The translations under genes were made by a program, and so were the position numbers. From a virus (taxonomy: Duplodnaviria > Caudoviricetes), in the IMG/VR virus record IMGVR_UViG_3300028888_000001: DNA of 64,000 bases; one strand, given 5' to 3'. The notes beneath the pieces were generated by a model. It searched no databases. It was not told where the DNA came from and saw only the letters and a list, made by a program, of their open reading frames with translations. The first letter of the stretch is position 1, and the number at the start of each line of letters is the position of its first letter. Of this stretch, positions 42,040 through 52,713 are shown in pieces.

Positions 42040-42831
42040 ATGACGAAAGTAGAAAACGGTTATTTTATTATCATTGAAGGTTGTGATGGTAGTGGAAAAA
42101 CTACAGCAGCAAAAGCATTAGTTGAAAGGCTAAACAATAATGGCTACGATGCTATTTATGTTAGGGAGCCTGGAGGAATTCCAGAAGCTGAAAAAATAAG
42201 AGAGGTGGTTTTAAATAGCACACTAGACGCTAGACAATATACGTTATTATTTATGGCGTCTATGAGCTTAAATATACAGAGAATAGTTAAACCAGCGATT
42301 GCTAATAAAAAGATAGTTATTTGTGATAGGTTCATACGTAGTACATATATTTATCAGGATTTTTGTAATTATGATCCAGAAGATGAACACGATGAAGATT
42401 TCTGTGATCTTCATAAAGTATTTAAAGATCTTGTTGAATTTGCTACATTTGGCACAATGCCAGATCTAGAATTTGTTCTAGACACCAGTGCTGAAGTTGC
42501 ATGGGATAGAATACAAGCAAGAAATAAAAACACAGATGTTTTTGAAATGCTAGGATACAATCATCATAGAGATATATGTGAAAAATATATGTCTATTAAA
42601 GATAGTAATATTTACCCGTCAAATTATATCACAGACGTTGAGCATGTGCTCACGGATTATCTGAATATAGAAGCTGTATCAGAATTATTATACAAAAAGC
42701 TAGTACATTACTTAGATATCTATGAGGGTAATACTAGTGATATAGAAGCGGAACAATTTTATGATAAAAAATATAAAGTACCAGATTTAAAAATTATGAC
42801 AGATGATATTCAAAAGGAGAAAAATATTTAG
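42040..42831 (+). CDS. tmk: Thymidylate (dNMP) kinase
   Basis: IEGCDGSGKTT P-loop, REPGG, DRF..ST..YQ, PDL. ATG at 42040 follows AAAGGA. Confidence 0.9.
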   Translation: MTKVENGYFIIIEGCDGSGKTTAAKALVERLNNNGYDAIYVREPGGIPEAEKIREVVLNSTLDARQYTLLFMASMSLNIQRIVKPAIANKKIVICDRFIRSTYIYQDFCNYDPEDEHDEDFCDLHKVFKDLVEFATFGTMPDLEFVLDTSAEVAWDRIQARNKNTDVFEMLGYNHHRDICEKYMSIKDSNIYPSNYITDVEHVLTDYLNIEAVSELLYKKLVHYLDIYEGNTSDIEAEQFYDKKYKVPDLKIMTDDIQKEKNI

Positions 42832-42833
42832 CC

Positions 42834-43043
42834 ATGAAAGTGACAGATTTTATATTAGTAGCGGTTAAAATACTACTCTTTTTCGTTAGTATGTCATCTA
42901 TTGCTTCATCATTAATCTTCTTACATTTATTAGTTAAAGATAGTGAGGAGTTAGGTAAAGAATGCAAACTCTATATAAAATTATCAGCATTTCTGATATT
43001 CATTTTGGGGCTACTGATGCTCTTTATATGTATAACAATTTAA
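42834..43043 (+). CDS. Small two-TM membrane protein
   Basis: 69 aa, two hydrophobic helices, AAGGAG RBS. Confidence 0.55.
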   Translation: MKVTDFILVAVKILLFFVSMSSIASSLIFLHLLVKDSEELGKECKLYIKLSAFLIFILGLLMLFICITI

Positions 43044-44077
43044 TTTCACAATTTATTGAAAAAATAAAATATTTAGATTTTGATATTGTAGCTATATGTG
43101 GAGATTTGTTTGATTCAAAATTTATGGCTAACAATCCAATCATTGGCTATGTATTATCTTTTATGGATAACCTAATAAATTTGTGTAGAATAAAAAATGC
43201 TAGCTTAATTATTATAGATGGGACTCAAAGTCATGATAATGGGCAATTAAGTTTATTTTATCATTATTTATCAGATCCAACTATAGATCTCCGGATCGTA
43301 GAGAAAATGCAATTTGAATATGTTAAAGGCCTAAGAATTTTATGTATCCCAGAGAGATATGGAATACCAGAAGAAGAGTATAATAAGTTCTTATTCGACT
43401 CTGGTAATTATGATTTATGTCTTCTGCATGGTACTTATAAAGGCTCTTTTAAAGGTTCAGAAATAGCAACCTTAAAAAGTAATCATGCTCCAATATTTTC
43501 TATGAATATGTTTAGCAATTGTGCTGGACCAATACTAATGGGGCATTATCATAAAAACATGTGTTATGATACATATGCTTATTATAATGGATCAGCATTT
43601 AGATTTGCTTTTGGAGAAGAAAACGAAAAGGGCTTTTTGATAACTCTATATAATAATTACACGAGATATCATTATACAGAGTTGATACCAATAAAAAGTC
43701 ACACATATGTTACTATTAATATTAACGACTTATTAAACGATGATCCAAGAAAAATAATCGATTTCATTAAGTCGTATAAAGAATCTCATAATATTGATTA
43801 CATCAGAGTACAGTTTAACAATGCTAATGAAAATATGAATATAGTCAGATCATATTTTCGCAATAACTCAACAGTTGTTTTACAAGAGCTAGATAAGAAA
43901 ACTAGACAGCTAGAACAAATAGATCAAACTGTGCTTGAGCAAAATGCTCAGTATTCTTATATACTAGATAACTCTATAGGAGATTATGATAAGTTTGTTA
44001 TGTATATGAATCAATGCGAGGGCTCTGATTTTATCTCCGTAGAAGAGCTTATAAATTTATTAGAAGGGTGCACATAA
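42962..44077 (+). CDS. sbcD: SbcD/Mre11-like DNA repair nuclease
   Basis: ISDIHFG, GDLFD, GTQSHD, LHG, MGHYH, YNGS..RF.FGE. Confidence 0.85.
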   Translation: MQTLYKIISISDIHFGATDALYMYNNLISQFIEKIKYLDFDIVAICGDLFDSKFMANNPIIGYVLSFMDNLINLCRIKNASLIIIDGTQSHDNGQLSLFYHYLSDPTIDLRIVEKMQFEYVKGLRILCIPERYGIPEEEYNKFLFDSGNYDLCLLHGTYKGSFKGSEIATLKSNHAPIFSMNMFSNCAGPILMGHYHKNMCYDTYAYYNGSAFRFAFGEENEKGFLITLYNNYTRYHYTELIPIKSHTYVTININDLLNDDPRKIIDFIKSYKESHNIDYIRVQFNNANENMNIVRSYFRNNSTVVLQELDKKTRQLEQIDQTVLEQNAQYSYILDNSIGDYDKFVMYMNQCEGSDFISVEELINLLEGCT

Positions 44078-44493
44078 TGGAAGAAGAGAAAAAATATACA
44101 CGAATTGAAGATATTCAAGAAGTGACTTACGAAGACACAAGGCTACTAAACTTAGTATATTTAAATATATTTAACGAGATTGATGTCATATATAGTCTAA
44201 TAATGTCATTTGCAATATTATTAAGTATATATTTAATTCCGTTCCTGTTGTTATATATGTTTTTAGGCGTAAAATTTTTAAGTTACTCGATCATTGTGCT
44301 GGCATTTATACCAATAATAATTATAACAGCAAGATCATGGAGAAGTTATATATTGAATTTGAAATCTAAAGAGCTCGCTAGAGATAAGCATGATCTAGCT
44401 GTTAGTTATTTTATGCTTACTAAAGAATATGAGCAAGATGAATGGATACGAAATAAGATATTTGAAACTAAAATAAAGCCATTTATAGCTTAA
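44068..44493 (+). CDS. Membrane protein (two TM helices)
   Basis: 141 aa with a central hydrophobic hairpin. Confidence 0.65.
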   Translation: MHIMEEEKKYTRIEDIQEVTYEDTRLLNLVYLNIFNEIDVIYSLIMSFAILLSIYLIPFLLLYMFLGVKFLSYSIIVLAFIPIIIITARSWRSYILNLKSKELARDKHDLAVSYFMLTKEYEQDEWIRNKIFETKIKPFIA

Positions 44494-44575
44494 TATGATA
44501 TAAATTAGTAGTTAATCTTGGTTAATTTATCCCAAGACATTTAAGTACTAAAAGTCTTAAGGGAGAAAAATATAA

Positions 44576-46330
44576 ATGGAAGATCGAAGAGATAAATATC
44601 GAATCAAAACACAACAGCACAACGATGACAATGTAAAAATAGATATAAAATTTGACATAACTGAATTGGATCTATTATGTGCATATATTGTCAGTGACAA
44701 TAGATCCATTAAACGTGGCAATGTTGTAAATCTAAAAAGAGTTCTTGATATTATGAATATGGCAGTGTATGGTAATGATCAAGAATCTCTATCTAGATTA
44801 GCATTTATCAATAAAGGCATAGATGCAAGATTAAACCATAACTTAAATGACAGCTTTATGATTCTAAAAGAAATCACTGGTGGTATGGGTAACACATCAG
44901 ATGTTACTTTTAGAGAATTAAATAATACAGAAATAGATTGGGTAAACCAATCTATGAGTGAGATAATTAAGTATTCTCACATTGAAGCTCAAGCAGATAC
45001 AGGATTACAGCTATTAACTAAATTAAAATCAACTGATTATACTAACAGAGCTGGTATAGTAAACGATATAGAAAATTGGTTATCAGAAACTCAAAATCTA
45101 TTTCGTAAAGCTAAAGTTGATAATTCAGAAAATCTGTCATTTTCATTAGCTGGAGATGACTATATACAATCTATAGTAGAAACTTATAGGCATATTACAT
45201 CACCATCTAATAATTTAGTATTTGGTACTCAAGCATTAAATTTACTCACCGGCGGTGGATTACAAAATACAAGAGTATATGTATTATTTGGTCTTCCTGG
45301 TGAGGGTAAATCATCGACAATGCTAGATATGGCAATACAGATAAAAAAATATAACGCCAATTATAAATGTAAAGATCCAACTAAGAGACCATGCGTGGTT
45401 GTATTAGTGATGGAAAATGACGTTAGAGAAACAGTGCAGCGCATATTCAGCATGACAACTGGACATGATATGTCAGAGTTTTCTGAAGATGAAGCTTTGA
45501 ATATAATGATGAAAGACGGTCTTCATCTTTCAGAACAAGATCCTATAGATTTGATTATAAGATATAAGCCGAATATGTCTGTAGATACATCTTATCTATA
45601 TACACTGGTTGATGACTTGGAAGATGAGGGCTATGAAGTAATATGTCTATTTCAAGATTATCTTAAGAGAATTAAATCTATAGAGCCAGCTTATAATTCT
45701 GATTTAAGGTTACAGCTTGGTTCTGTTGTAAATGAATTTAAAACGTTTGCTACATTAAAGAATATTCCTGTAGTAACAGCGTCTCAGTTAAATAGAAATG
45801 CAACTAGTTCTATTGATAGTGCACGAATAAAAAATAAATCTGAGCTAGTTCGTCTTATTGGCAGAGCTAATGTTGGTGATTCAAATCTTATATTGGAGAA
45901 TGCAGATTGGATAGCACTTATAGCTCCAGAAGATGATAAAGTATCTGGAGCAAGATATCTCGGAATACAGCGTGTAAAATCAAGATATTATATCCAATCT
46001 GGCACTCATTTTGCATATATACCTTACATAGGAAATTCCATTAAATTTCAAGAGGATTTCTATGATCCGGTGCCATGTCATAAAACTTCTATGATAGATG
46101 AAAGAATGCCAAATGGTATGAGTACTAATATGATAGGAGCTCCAAATGAGATTAAGAATATAACAGAAATGGATGACGTTAAGCTAGAAAATGCAATGGA
46201 TAATATATTTGCTGGGTCTATAATGGCAGCTAGAAATTTCGGCATATATAATCAATACTATGTAAATCCATGCACTGGAACCATGTATAAGAAACTACAT
46301 AAAAAAGAAACAATGATCGAATTAGTTTAA
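44576..46330 (+). CDS. dnaB: DnaB-like replicative helicase
   Basis: Walker A GLPGEGKS, VMEN, QDYL, ASQLNR, ENADW, KSRY. Confidence 0.9.
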   Translation: MEDRRDKYRIKTQQHNDDNVKIDIKFDITELDLLCAYIVSDNRSIKRGNVVNLKRVLDIMNMAVYGNDQESLSRLAFINKGIDARLNHNLNDSFMILKEITGGMGNTSDVTFRELNNTEIDWVNQSMSEIIKYSHIEAQADTGLQLLTKLKSTDYTNRAGIVNDIENWLSETQNLFRKAKVDNSENLSFSLAGDDYIQSIVETYRHITSPSNNLVFGTQALNLLTGGGLQNTRVYVLFGLPGEGKSSTMLDMAIQIKKYNANYKCKDPTKRPCVVVLVMENDVRETVQRIFSMTTGHDMSEFSEDEALNIMMKDGLHLSEQDPIDLIIRYKPNMSVDTSYLYTLVDDLEDEGYEVICLFQDYLKRIKSIEPAYNSDLRLQLGSVVNEFKTFATLKNIPVVTASQLNRNATSSIDSARIKNKSELVRLIGRANVGDSNLILENADWIALIAPEDDKVSGARYLGIQRVKSRYYIQSGTHFAYIPYIGNSIKFQEDFYDPVPCHKTSMIDERMPNGMSTNMIGAPNEIKNITEMDDVKLENAMDNIFAGSIMAARNFGIYNQYYVNPCTGTMYKKLHKKETMIELV

Positions 46331-46334
46331 ATAC

Positions 46335-46360
46335 TCCGGTGGGCATAAAAGCCCACCGGA
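46335..46360. terminator. Bidirectional terminator between convergent genes
   Basis: tccggtgggc / gcccaccgga. Confidence 0.8.
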
Positions 46361-46366
46361 AATATT

Positions 46367-46828
46367 TTACATTACGGTTAAATTTTTGTTGTATCTTTGT
46401 ATAGCCACATGATTAGCATTATAAATATAATTACACAGTTGTTGCATTTGCTGTCTTCTTGGTAATAGTATAACTGATTTATTGAATTGCTTGACAGAAT
46501 ACATATCGTTTATGATTAGAATTATATAATAAAGCTCTCCATTATTATATAGCGTATCACATAAAAGCTTAGGTCTATACATATACATGTACATATCTTT
46601 ATCAGTCAAAGAAACTGTAACACAGAATTCATTTCTGATCTCATCTATATAATCAGATACTACATTATATGCGGAATAATGAAACTCTCTACTTAATTCC
46701 GGATATTGAATCTTATCTACAAAAGACAGATTTTTATAGTTCATTATATCATCAGACTGACAGGCTATGAATTGTTCTATAGTGTAAGTCTCTTGAGAAT
46801 CTTGATATACATAATCTAGTGCAGCCAT
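46367..46828 (-). CDS. Baseplate wedge subunit, T4 gp53/LysM-like
   Basis: YRPKLLCDTLYNNGELYYIILIIND motif, directly downstream of the spike-like gene. Confidence 0.65.
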   Translation of the reverse strand: MAALDYVYQDSQETYTIEQFIACQSDDIMNYKNLSFVDKIQYPELSREFHYSAYNVVSDYIDEIRNEFCVTVSLTDKDMYMYMYRPKLLCDTLYNNGELYYIILIINDMYSVKQFNKSVILLPRRQQMQQLCNYIYNANHVAIQRYNKNLTVM

Positions 46829-46858
46829 ATATAAATATCACCTCCAATATATAAAAAT

Positions 46859-49800
46859 TTAATTATTTATATTAGGATATGCTGACATATAGCTCATATT
46901 ATTTTGAATAGCAACGTTTAACAAATCTACAATAGTATGCATCATGGCGTTATACATTGGAACTCTCGGATGACCAGATACAAGATTATCTAACCACCAA
47001 GAAGATTCTTTATAAGAAACGTTTCTCCAATCAATTAATAAACAACCATATTTCTCAGCAATATTCACTACAGCATCCTGATATGGAGTATATCTATCGC
47101 TAATCCTCATAGGTGTTATATAACATATAGCAGCATTCGGGCTCTTGCTTATAATAGCATCCCTTATACGCTTCATATTACCATAGAACGTGTCAGGAGG
47201 ATCAGAAGAATCTAGATCAGCTATATCACCAACTGCAACGTTTCTATCATCTGGATTGCTATCGTTAATTCCAAGAGCTACGAAATATAAATTACAAGCA
47301 ACGCCGCTCTGTAAGGCTGATAATCCAGCACTGTTACTAAGCCATGTACGTGTAGTTAATCCGCCTCTAGAAAAATTATAACCAGTGCAGCCATATTCTC
47401 TAGCCATCATTTGAAGCCATGAGTATTCATAAGCGGCACCTTCTTCACCGCTTATACCACTTGCAAAGCTATCTCCAACAACGGCTATTTTAGAAAACAT
47501 AGAGGGAGTAATTTTTATATCTCCAGATGCCGCTTGTTGTTGAGATAAACCATCTAATTTACTTTTAACAGTTTTCAAATCTATTGGTAACTGAAGAGAG
47601 CCATCATCGTTAAGAGGGTTGCCAGTTATCGAAGCTAACTTTGCTCTTGTACTTGTATCTTCTTTTTTAAGATTCTCTATCTGTGCTTGAGTATCAGCGT
47701 TACCTTCAACAAGAGCATTAGTAGTATTAGCAATCTCTGACCTTACTCCTGTAATACGAGTATTGATTTCAGATTTTAATATCTCAAGTCTATTAAGAGT
47801 TGATTCTCTTAATGTGCTAATATTTTCATTTAATCTTTCAACCATATCAGAATTATTATTTTCCATATTTAAACGTATGGAATCTATCTGACCTTGAAGA
47901 TTGGCTGACAAAGCATCAATACCATTATTAAGATTATCATCAAGAGAGTTTAATTCGTTTTCAAGAGTGTTTAATACTCTATCATCGCCCTCAAGAATTT
48001 GTGATTCTACATTTTTTATTCTAGCTTCTATATTCTCATTTATTGCTTTTACTTCATCTTCAATGCGCTCTTTAAATTTATTCTCTAAATTTAAAAATTT
48101 AGAATTAGCTTCAAGACGATTGTTCGTTATTGTTGTATTTAAAGTTTCTACTTCAGAGTCTATTCTGCCATTTATTGTAGTAGATAAATTGCTTATAGAG
48201 TTTGACAATGCTGAAGACTCTTGTGATATTCTCTGAGTTAGCTGATTAGTTTGTTGAGTTTGTGAAGCATTAAAATCTAATACTACTGTATTAATTTTAG
48301 CATCTAATTCACTTCTATGCTTCTGTACTAGCGCTGTTAACGATTCCATTTCTTCATTTACTTTTTGCACCATCAGATTATAATTATTTCTAATAGCATT
48401 ATTTAAAGAAAGTTCTTTGGAATCTATTGTAGCATTAACAGTTTGTATTTTTGAATCTATACTAGAATTAACTTGAGCTATCTTATTATCTACTTGAGTG
48501 CTTAATGTATTTATATTACTATTTATAGTCTGTATTAATTGATTCTTTTGTGCTGAAAGATCTGATTTTAATTGAGTTTCTTTAGTATTAATTGTACTAT
48601 TTAATGCTGCTGTGGTTTGCTCTATAGTAGTATTAACCTGAGCTATAGAAGTGTTTATATAATTATTAATAGTATTTACTTCTGTAGTGATTCTATTATT
48701 TATTGTAGATCCTTGAGTATCAATTCTGCCATTTACAGTCTCTATAGCAGAAGTCATAGTGTCACTTAGGTCTTCTACTTTTTCATCGATGTAGTCTCTA
48801 ACAACATCGTCTCTTGTATTTAATTGACTTTGTATAGTGTCTATACTATCTGATAATGAATTAACTTCTGTATCTATTCTGGTATTAATAGAGCTTACAG
48901 ACTGTGCTAAATCTGACTTTACATTTTCTAAAGCTGCGTCGTTAGATTCTATGTAATTATCTAGATTAGTACTTATAGTTTCCGTAGTCTGATCTAGAGC
49001 ATCTAATCTCCCTATAGTAGAATTATAATGTGCTAGTTCTACATCAGACAAATCAGATATAGATACTGTGAGCGTAGTAGTATTATCATCTATTTTCTTA
49101 TCCAATTCAGTATCTTTTTTGTTTAACTTTTCAATTTCTGTATCGACTTTAGCATCTAGAGTATCTATCTTAGTATCTAAAGTACTATAATTTTCATCTA
49201 CCTTAAGAGATAAAGCATATGCAGATTGTATAATGCTATTATCATTCTCAAACATTAAATCTCTAAGACCATCTACGGTCTCATTTATATATTTATCATT
49301 ATCTATTACTTTTTTATTTACTTTAGAGATTAAATCAGCGACGAACACAAATCGCTGTTCAGATTCTGTTTTATTGCTTTCTATCTCATTATCTAACGAT
49401 TCAACGCTATCGTCTAATCTATTTATTTCCGTATCAAATTTAGAAACTACTTTATCAACCTCAGTATCTAGCTTAGAGTTTACTTCACTTATAGACGTAT
49501 CTAGTCTATCCAATCCAGCATCGACTTTACCGTCTAATCTGCTTACTTCTGTATCTATCTTAGTATCTAATCTAGATATTTCAGCTCCAACTTTAGAATC
49601 CAACATACCGATAGATTCTAAATTTGCTTTAATTTTCTCTGTAGCTTCTTCTATACTAGATTCCAATTGATCTTTTATCTCTTGATGCTTGCCATCTGTA
49701 TATTGCTTACTAGATGATAGAGTCTGTTCTGCTGTTGATACTATAGTTTGATTTAGAGTCTCTACAGATTCATCTACCTTATCAGATAGATTTGATATAG

Positions 49801-50683
49801 ATTCTTCTATATCACTAACCTTACCATCTGTATATTCTCTAAGCTTTTCTATTTTTCTAGCATTCTCAGCTATCTCATCAGAAAAATCATATTCTTCTTC
49901 TATTTTATCTATTTTTGTTGATAAAGTATCTATTCTGATTCCAAGAGCAGCATCTTTATTATCAGTATAAGTTTTTAAATCAGATATAGATTCATCTATA
50001 CCTAACTTTATAGTATTCATTTCATCTGATAATTCTGATGCTGTAGATTGTATTTTATCATCTAGAGATTTTACTTCTGTTGTAATTCTTCTATTTACAG
50101 TATCATCTAAGCTATCTATTTTTCGTTGAACAGAAAGCGATAGTGCGTTTATAGCACTATCTAATGTACTGTAATTATCACCTAAAACTTGCTGTAAAGA
50201 TGTATACTTTGCATTGTAATCGCCTCTAATTTTAGCGTCTTCTTCATCTGAATAATTGATTATTTTTTGCTCTCGTTCATCGAGATTTATTATCTTAATA
50301 ACCCATTTTGAAATTATACTGGTGACATTTTTCGTAGATCCATCATATCGACCAATTATATGACCATCGTTAACATTAGCCCCCACAAAAGCAACTAAGA
50401 ATTTAGTGCCTTTAGGGATAGTTTCTGACCCATAATCGAATGTATATTCTAGTGGAATAAACAGCTCTATATAATTATCGATATTAACAGTTGAAGATCC
50501 TAAATTACCATTACGTCTGTTAATGATATTAGAGTTAGAGGAATTAACCCTAGCAACGACATCTTGAGTCATTATTATGGGGATTTTAAATTTTCCATTA
50601 CCTGGCTCAAATGCATTAACAGCTTCTTGTAATATAGCAACCTCAATCCGCATATTATCTACGTCTAGGTAAGTCGAATTCAT
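46859..50683 (-). CDS. Baseplate spike-like protein: N-terminal Gp5/VgrG OB-like domain, ~900-aa coiled coil, C-terminal SGNH/GDSL esterase
   Basis: IPKGTKFLVAFVGANVNDGHIIG; 11-residue-period helical repeats (LDTKIDTEVSR); VVGDSFASG, SRGG, ALGINDS, SGHP. Confidence 0.7.
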   Translation of the reverse strand: MNSTYLDVDNMRIEVAILQEAVNAFEPGNGKFKIPIIMTQDVVARVNSSNSNIINRRNGNLGSSTVNIDNYIELFIPLEYTFDYGSETIPKGTKFLVAFVGANVNDGHIIGRYDGSTKNVTSIISKWVIKIINLDEREQKIINYSDEEDAKIRGDYNAKYTSLQQVLGDNYSTLDSAINALSLSVQRKIDSLDDTVNRRITTEVKSLDDKIQSTASELSDEMNTIKLGIDESISDLKTYTDNKDAALGIRIDTLSTKIDKIEEEYDFSDEIAENARKIEKLREYTDGKVSDIEESISNLSDKVDESVETLNQTIVSTAEQTLSSSKQYTDGKHQEIKDQLESSIEEATEKIKANLESIGMLDSKVGAEISRLDTKIDTEVSRLDGKVDAGLDRLDTSISEVNSKLDTEVDKVVSKFDTEINRLDDSVESLDNEIESNKTESEQRFVFVADLISKVNKKVIDNDKYINETVDGLRDLMFENDNSIIQSAYALSLKVDENYSTLDTKIDTLDAKVDTEIEKLNKKDTELDKKIDDNTTTLTVSISDLSDVELAHYNSTIGRLDALDQTTETISTNLDNYIESNDAALENVKSDLAQSVSSINTRIDTEVNSLSDSIDTIQSQLNTRDDVVRDYIDEKVEDLSDTMTSAIETVNGRIDTQGSTINNRITTEVNTINNYINTSIAQVNTTIEQTTAALNSTINTKETQLKSDLSAQKNQLIQTINSNINTLSTQVDNKIAQVNSSIDSKIQTVNATIDSKELSLNNAIRNNYNLMVQKVNEEMESLTALVQKHRSELDAKINTVVLDFNASQTQQTNQLTQRISQESSALSNSISNLSTTINGRIDSEVETLNTTITNNRLEANSKFLNLENKFKERIEDEVKAINENIEARIKNVESQILEGDDRVLNTLENELNSLDDNLNNGIDALSANLQGQIDSIRLNMENNNSDMVERLNENISTLRESTLNRLEILKSEINTRITGVRSEIANTTNALVEGNADTQAQIENLKKEDTSTRAKLASITGNPLNDDGSLQLPIDLKTVKSKLDGLSQQQAASGDIKITPSMFSKIAVVGDSFASGISGEEGAAYEYSWLQMMAREYGCTGYNFSRGGLTTRTWLSNSAGLSALQSGVACNLYFVALGINDSNPDDRNVAVGDIADLDSSDPPDTFYGNMKRIRDAIISKSPNAAICYITPMRISDRYTPYQDAVVNIAEKYGCLLIDWRNVSYKESSWWLDNLVSGHPRVPMYNAMMHTIVDLLNVAIQNNMSYMSAYPNINN

Positions 50684-50716
50684 AATTTAATAACCCCCTA
50701 AACTTTAAAATAAACG

Positions 50717-50733
50717 TATATTATAATTATGTG
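50717..50733. promoter_or_regulatory. Overlapping divergent promoters: early TATATTATA (+) and late CACA-N6-TAAT (-)
   Basis: tatattataattatgtg between divergent genes. Confidence 0.5.
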
Positions 50734-50780
50734 CGCAGGTGAAAAACTAGCACTAAATTTTTAAGGGAGGATAAATTCAA

Positions 50781-51374
50781 ATGCAAAATTTTTATCATGA
50801 CGAATTCGAGCGTAGACGAATGGAAATTATACGACAAAATATGTATTATGGGGCTCCATTTGTATTTAGAAAACTTACTAAAGAAGAAATGTTTCACCAA
50901 GCTAAATTAGACTTTAACGATATCACGTTAAGGGAATTTAAATTGGGCTTGGATGACAACGATCACGTGTATGATAAAGAAACAGACACGTTGTATCAAA
51001 TATCAGAAAGATTTATAAAATATTCTGAAGAAGAAATTCCGCTTTTACATGCTAACGAGATTGATTTAAACGTAATAGAGAATCCTAGATTAATGGAGAT
51101 TCTATTTGGAATGTGGGCAACTAAGTGGGAAAAGAGAAATAATGCAAAGGTAACAGCTTATTATCAATCTGCAATACGTGGATCTAAGCGAGGTTTCTTT
51201 GTTATGACATATCTATCCGATGGGATTAACAAAGAATTCTCATCCAATGTATTTGTAAATGAGTCTTTAAGAATTTTTAATCTAGTATGTAAGCTTAATC
51301 ATACAGAGCATCTTTATGATGAAGATACTTTAAAAAGACTAGATATAGAAATCATTCGTAAAGGACAAAAGTAA
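50781..51374 (+). CDS. Hypothetical protein (197 aa)
   Basis: GGGAGG RBS. Confidence 0.75.
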   Translation: MQNFYHDEFERRRMEIIRQNMYYGAPFVFRKLTKEEMFHQAKLDFNDITLREFKLGLDDNDHVYDKETDTLYQISERFIKYSEEEIPLLHANEIDLNVIENPRLMEILFGMWATKWEKRNNAKVTAYYQSAIRGSKRGFFVMTYLSDGINKEFSSNVFVNESLRIFNLVCKLNHTEHLYDEDTLKRLDIEIIRKGQK

Positions 51375-51375
51375 T

Positions 51376-52713
51376 ATGATATTAAATCAGGGACAAACCT
51401 ATATAGTATCAGAAGCAGTTAACTGGTTTAAATATTCAGATTCTATGCTATTTCAATACGATGGTCCTCCAGGTAGTGGAAAGTCTATCGTATTAAATGC
51501 TATAGTTAGAGAATTAGGTTTAGATATCTATACTGAAATAGCGCCTATGAGTTTTATAGGAGCAGCAAGTCTAGTAATGAGGACTAAAGGATTATATACA
51601 GCTCGAACAGCTCATTCATGGTGTTATGATATAGTAGAACAGCCAAGAAAAGACGAAAACGGAGAAGTTTGTAGAGATTCATATGGAAATATTATTATGT
51701 ATTCTACATTCTATCCTAAAAAGAAATTACCTGATTCTATTAAGCTAATAATCATCGATGAGGCATATTGTATGCCTCTAAGTATGAGACCTACAATAGA
51801 AAAATTTGGTATCAAAGTATTGGCTTGCGGTGACCAAAATCAGTTACCGCCAGTTAAAGATAAACCAGCTTATCTTGTAGATGGGTATATTTATCATCTT
51901 ACAGAAATTATGAGACAAACTGGAGTAGAAGATATATCTTTTATAGCCAACAGAGCGATGAGAGGATTGCCGTTATTAAACGGATACTATGGTCATTCTA
52001 TGGTTATAGATAGAGAAGATCTGACTGATAGTATGCTTATGTGGGCAGATGTAGTTATCTGTTGTACTAACCAAACAAGAGATAAGATAAACAACCACAT
52101 TCGTTTTATCAAGGGATATTCTGGTGTATTGCCAAATTATGGAGAACGGTTAGTCTGTAGAAACAATCAATGGACAGATGGAGTTCCAGATAATTTTGGT
52201 AATGAGATATTTTTGGTTAATGGTTTAATTGGTACTGTAGAAAATCAACCTGGAGTAGAATCATTTGACGGTAAAAAGAAAACATTCATTGTTTCATTTA
52301 GACCAGACTTAGCTCCAGAATGTTTATTTACAGTAGATGCCAATTATGACTATATAACAGCAGACAACAAGATGAGACAGCTAATCAAAAAAGACAAATA
52401 TGAAATGGGAACAATGTTTGAATTTGCATATGCTATAACATGTCATATATCACAGGGTTCTCAATTTCATAAAGTAATTTACATAGAAGAAAGCATGGGA
52501 GGGAATATTCAATCATGCTTAAATCTTGTTGGTCCTACAAGAGCGGATCAACAACTAATCTATGTGAAAAATAACTATAAGCCATGGAAAGATTATAATG
52601 ACCCAGTTCAGTATAATCTCTCTAATTATGAGCGTATTAACAAAGTCAAGGAAAGAAGTAATAAATGGTTTAAGGAGGAAAACACAAATGGCAGAAGAAA
52701 AAACTACTACTGA
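51376..52713 (+). CDS. Dda/RecD-like SF1B helicase
   Basis: GPPGSGKS, IIIDEA, GDQNQLPPV, LTEIMRQ, FAYAITCHISQGSQF. Confidence 0.9.
   Translation: MILNQGQTYIVSEAVNWFKYSDSMLFQYDGPPGSGKSIVLNAIVRELGLDIYTEIAPMSFIGAASLVMRTKGLYTARTAHSWCYDIVEQPRKDENGEVCRDSYGNIIMYSTFYPKKKLPDSIKLIIIDEAYCMPLSMRPTIEKFGIKVLACGDQNQLPPVKDKPAYLVDGYIYHLTEIMRQTGVEDISFIANRAMRGLPLLNGYYGHSMVIDREDLTDSMLMWADVVICCTNQTRDKINNHIRFIKGYSGVLPNYGERLVCRNNQWTDGVPDNFGNEIFLVNGLIGTVENQPGVESFDGKKKTFIVSFRPDLAPECLFTVDANYDYITADNKMRQLIKKDKYEMGTMFEFAYAITCHISQGSQFHKVIYIEESMGGNIQSCLNLVGPTRADQQLIYVKNNYKPWKDYNDPVQYNLSNYERINKVKERSNKWFKEENTNGRRKNYY

Noticed and set aside
47190-49670. Plus-strand ORFs inside the 1274-aa gene
   Set aside because: Antisense shadows of coiled-coil repeats.
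52598-52687. 5' extensions of track ORFs (52598, 42001, 63256, 58089)
   Set aside because: Better RBS-supported starts at 52688, 42040, 63271 and 58101.
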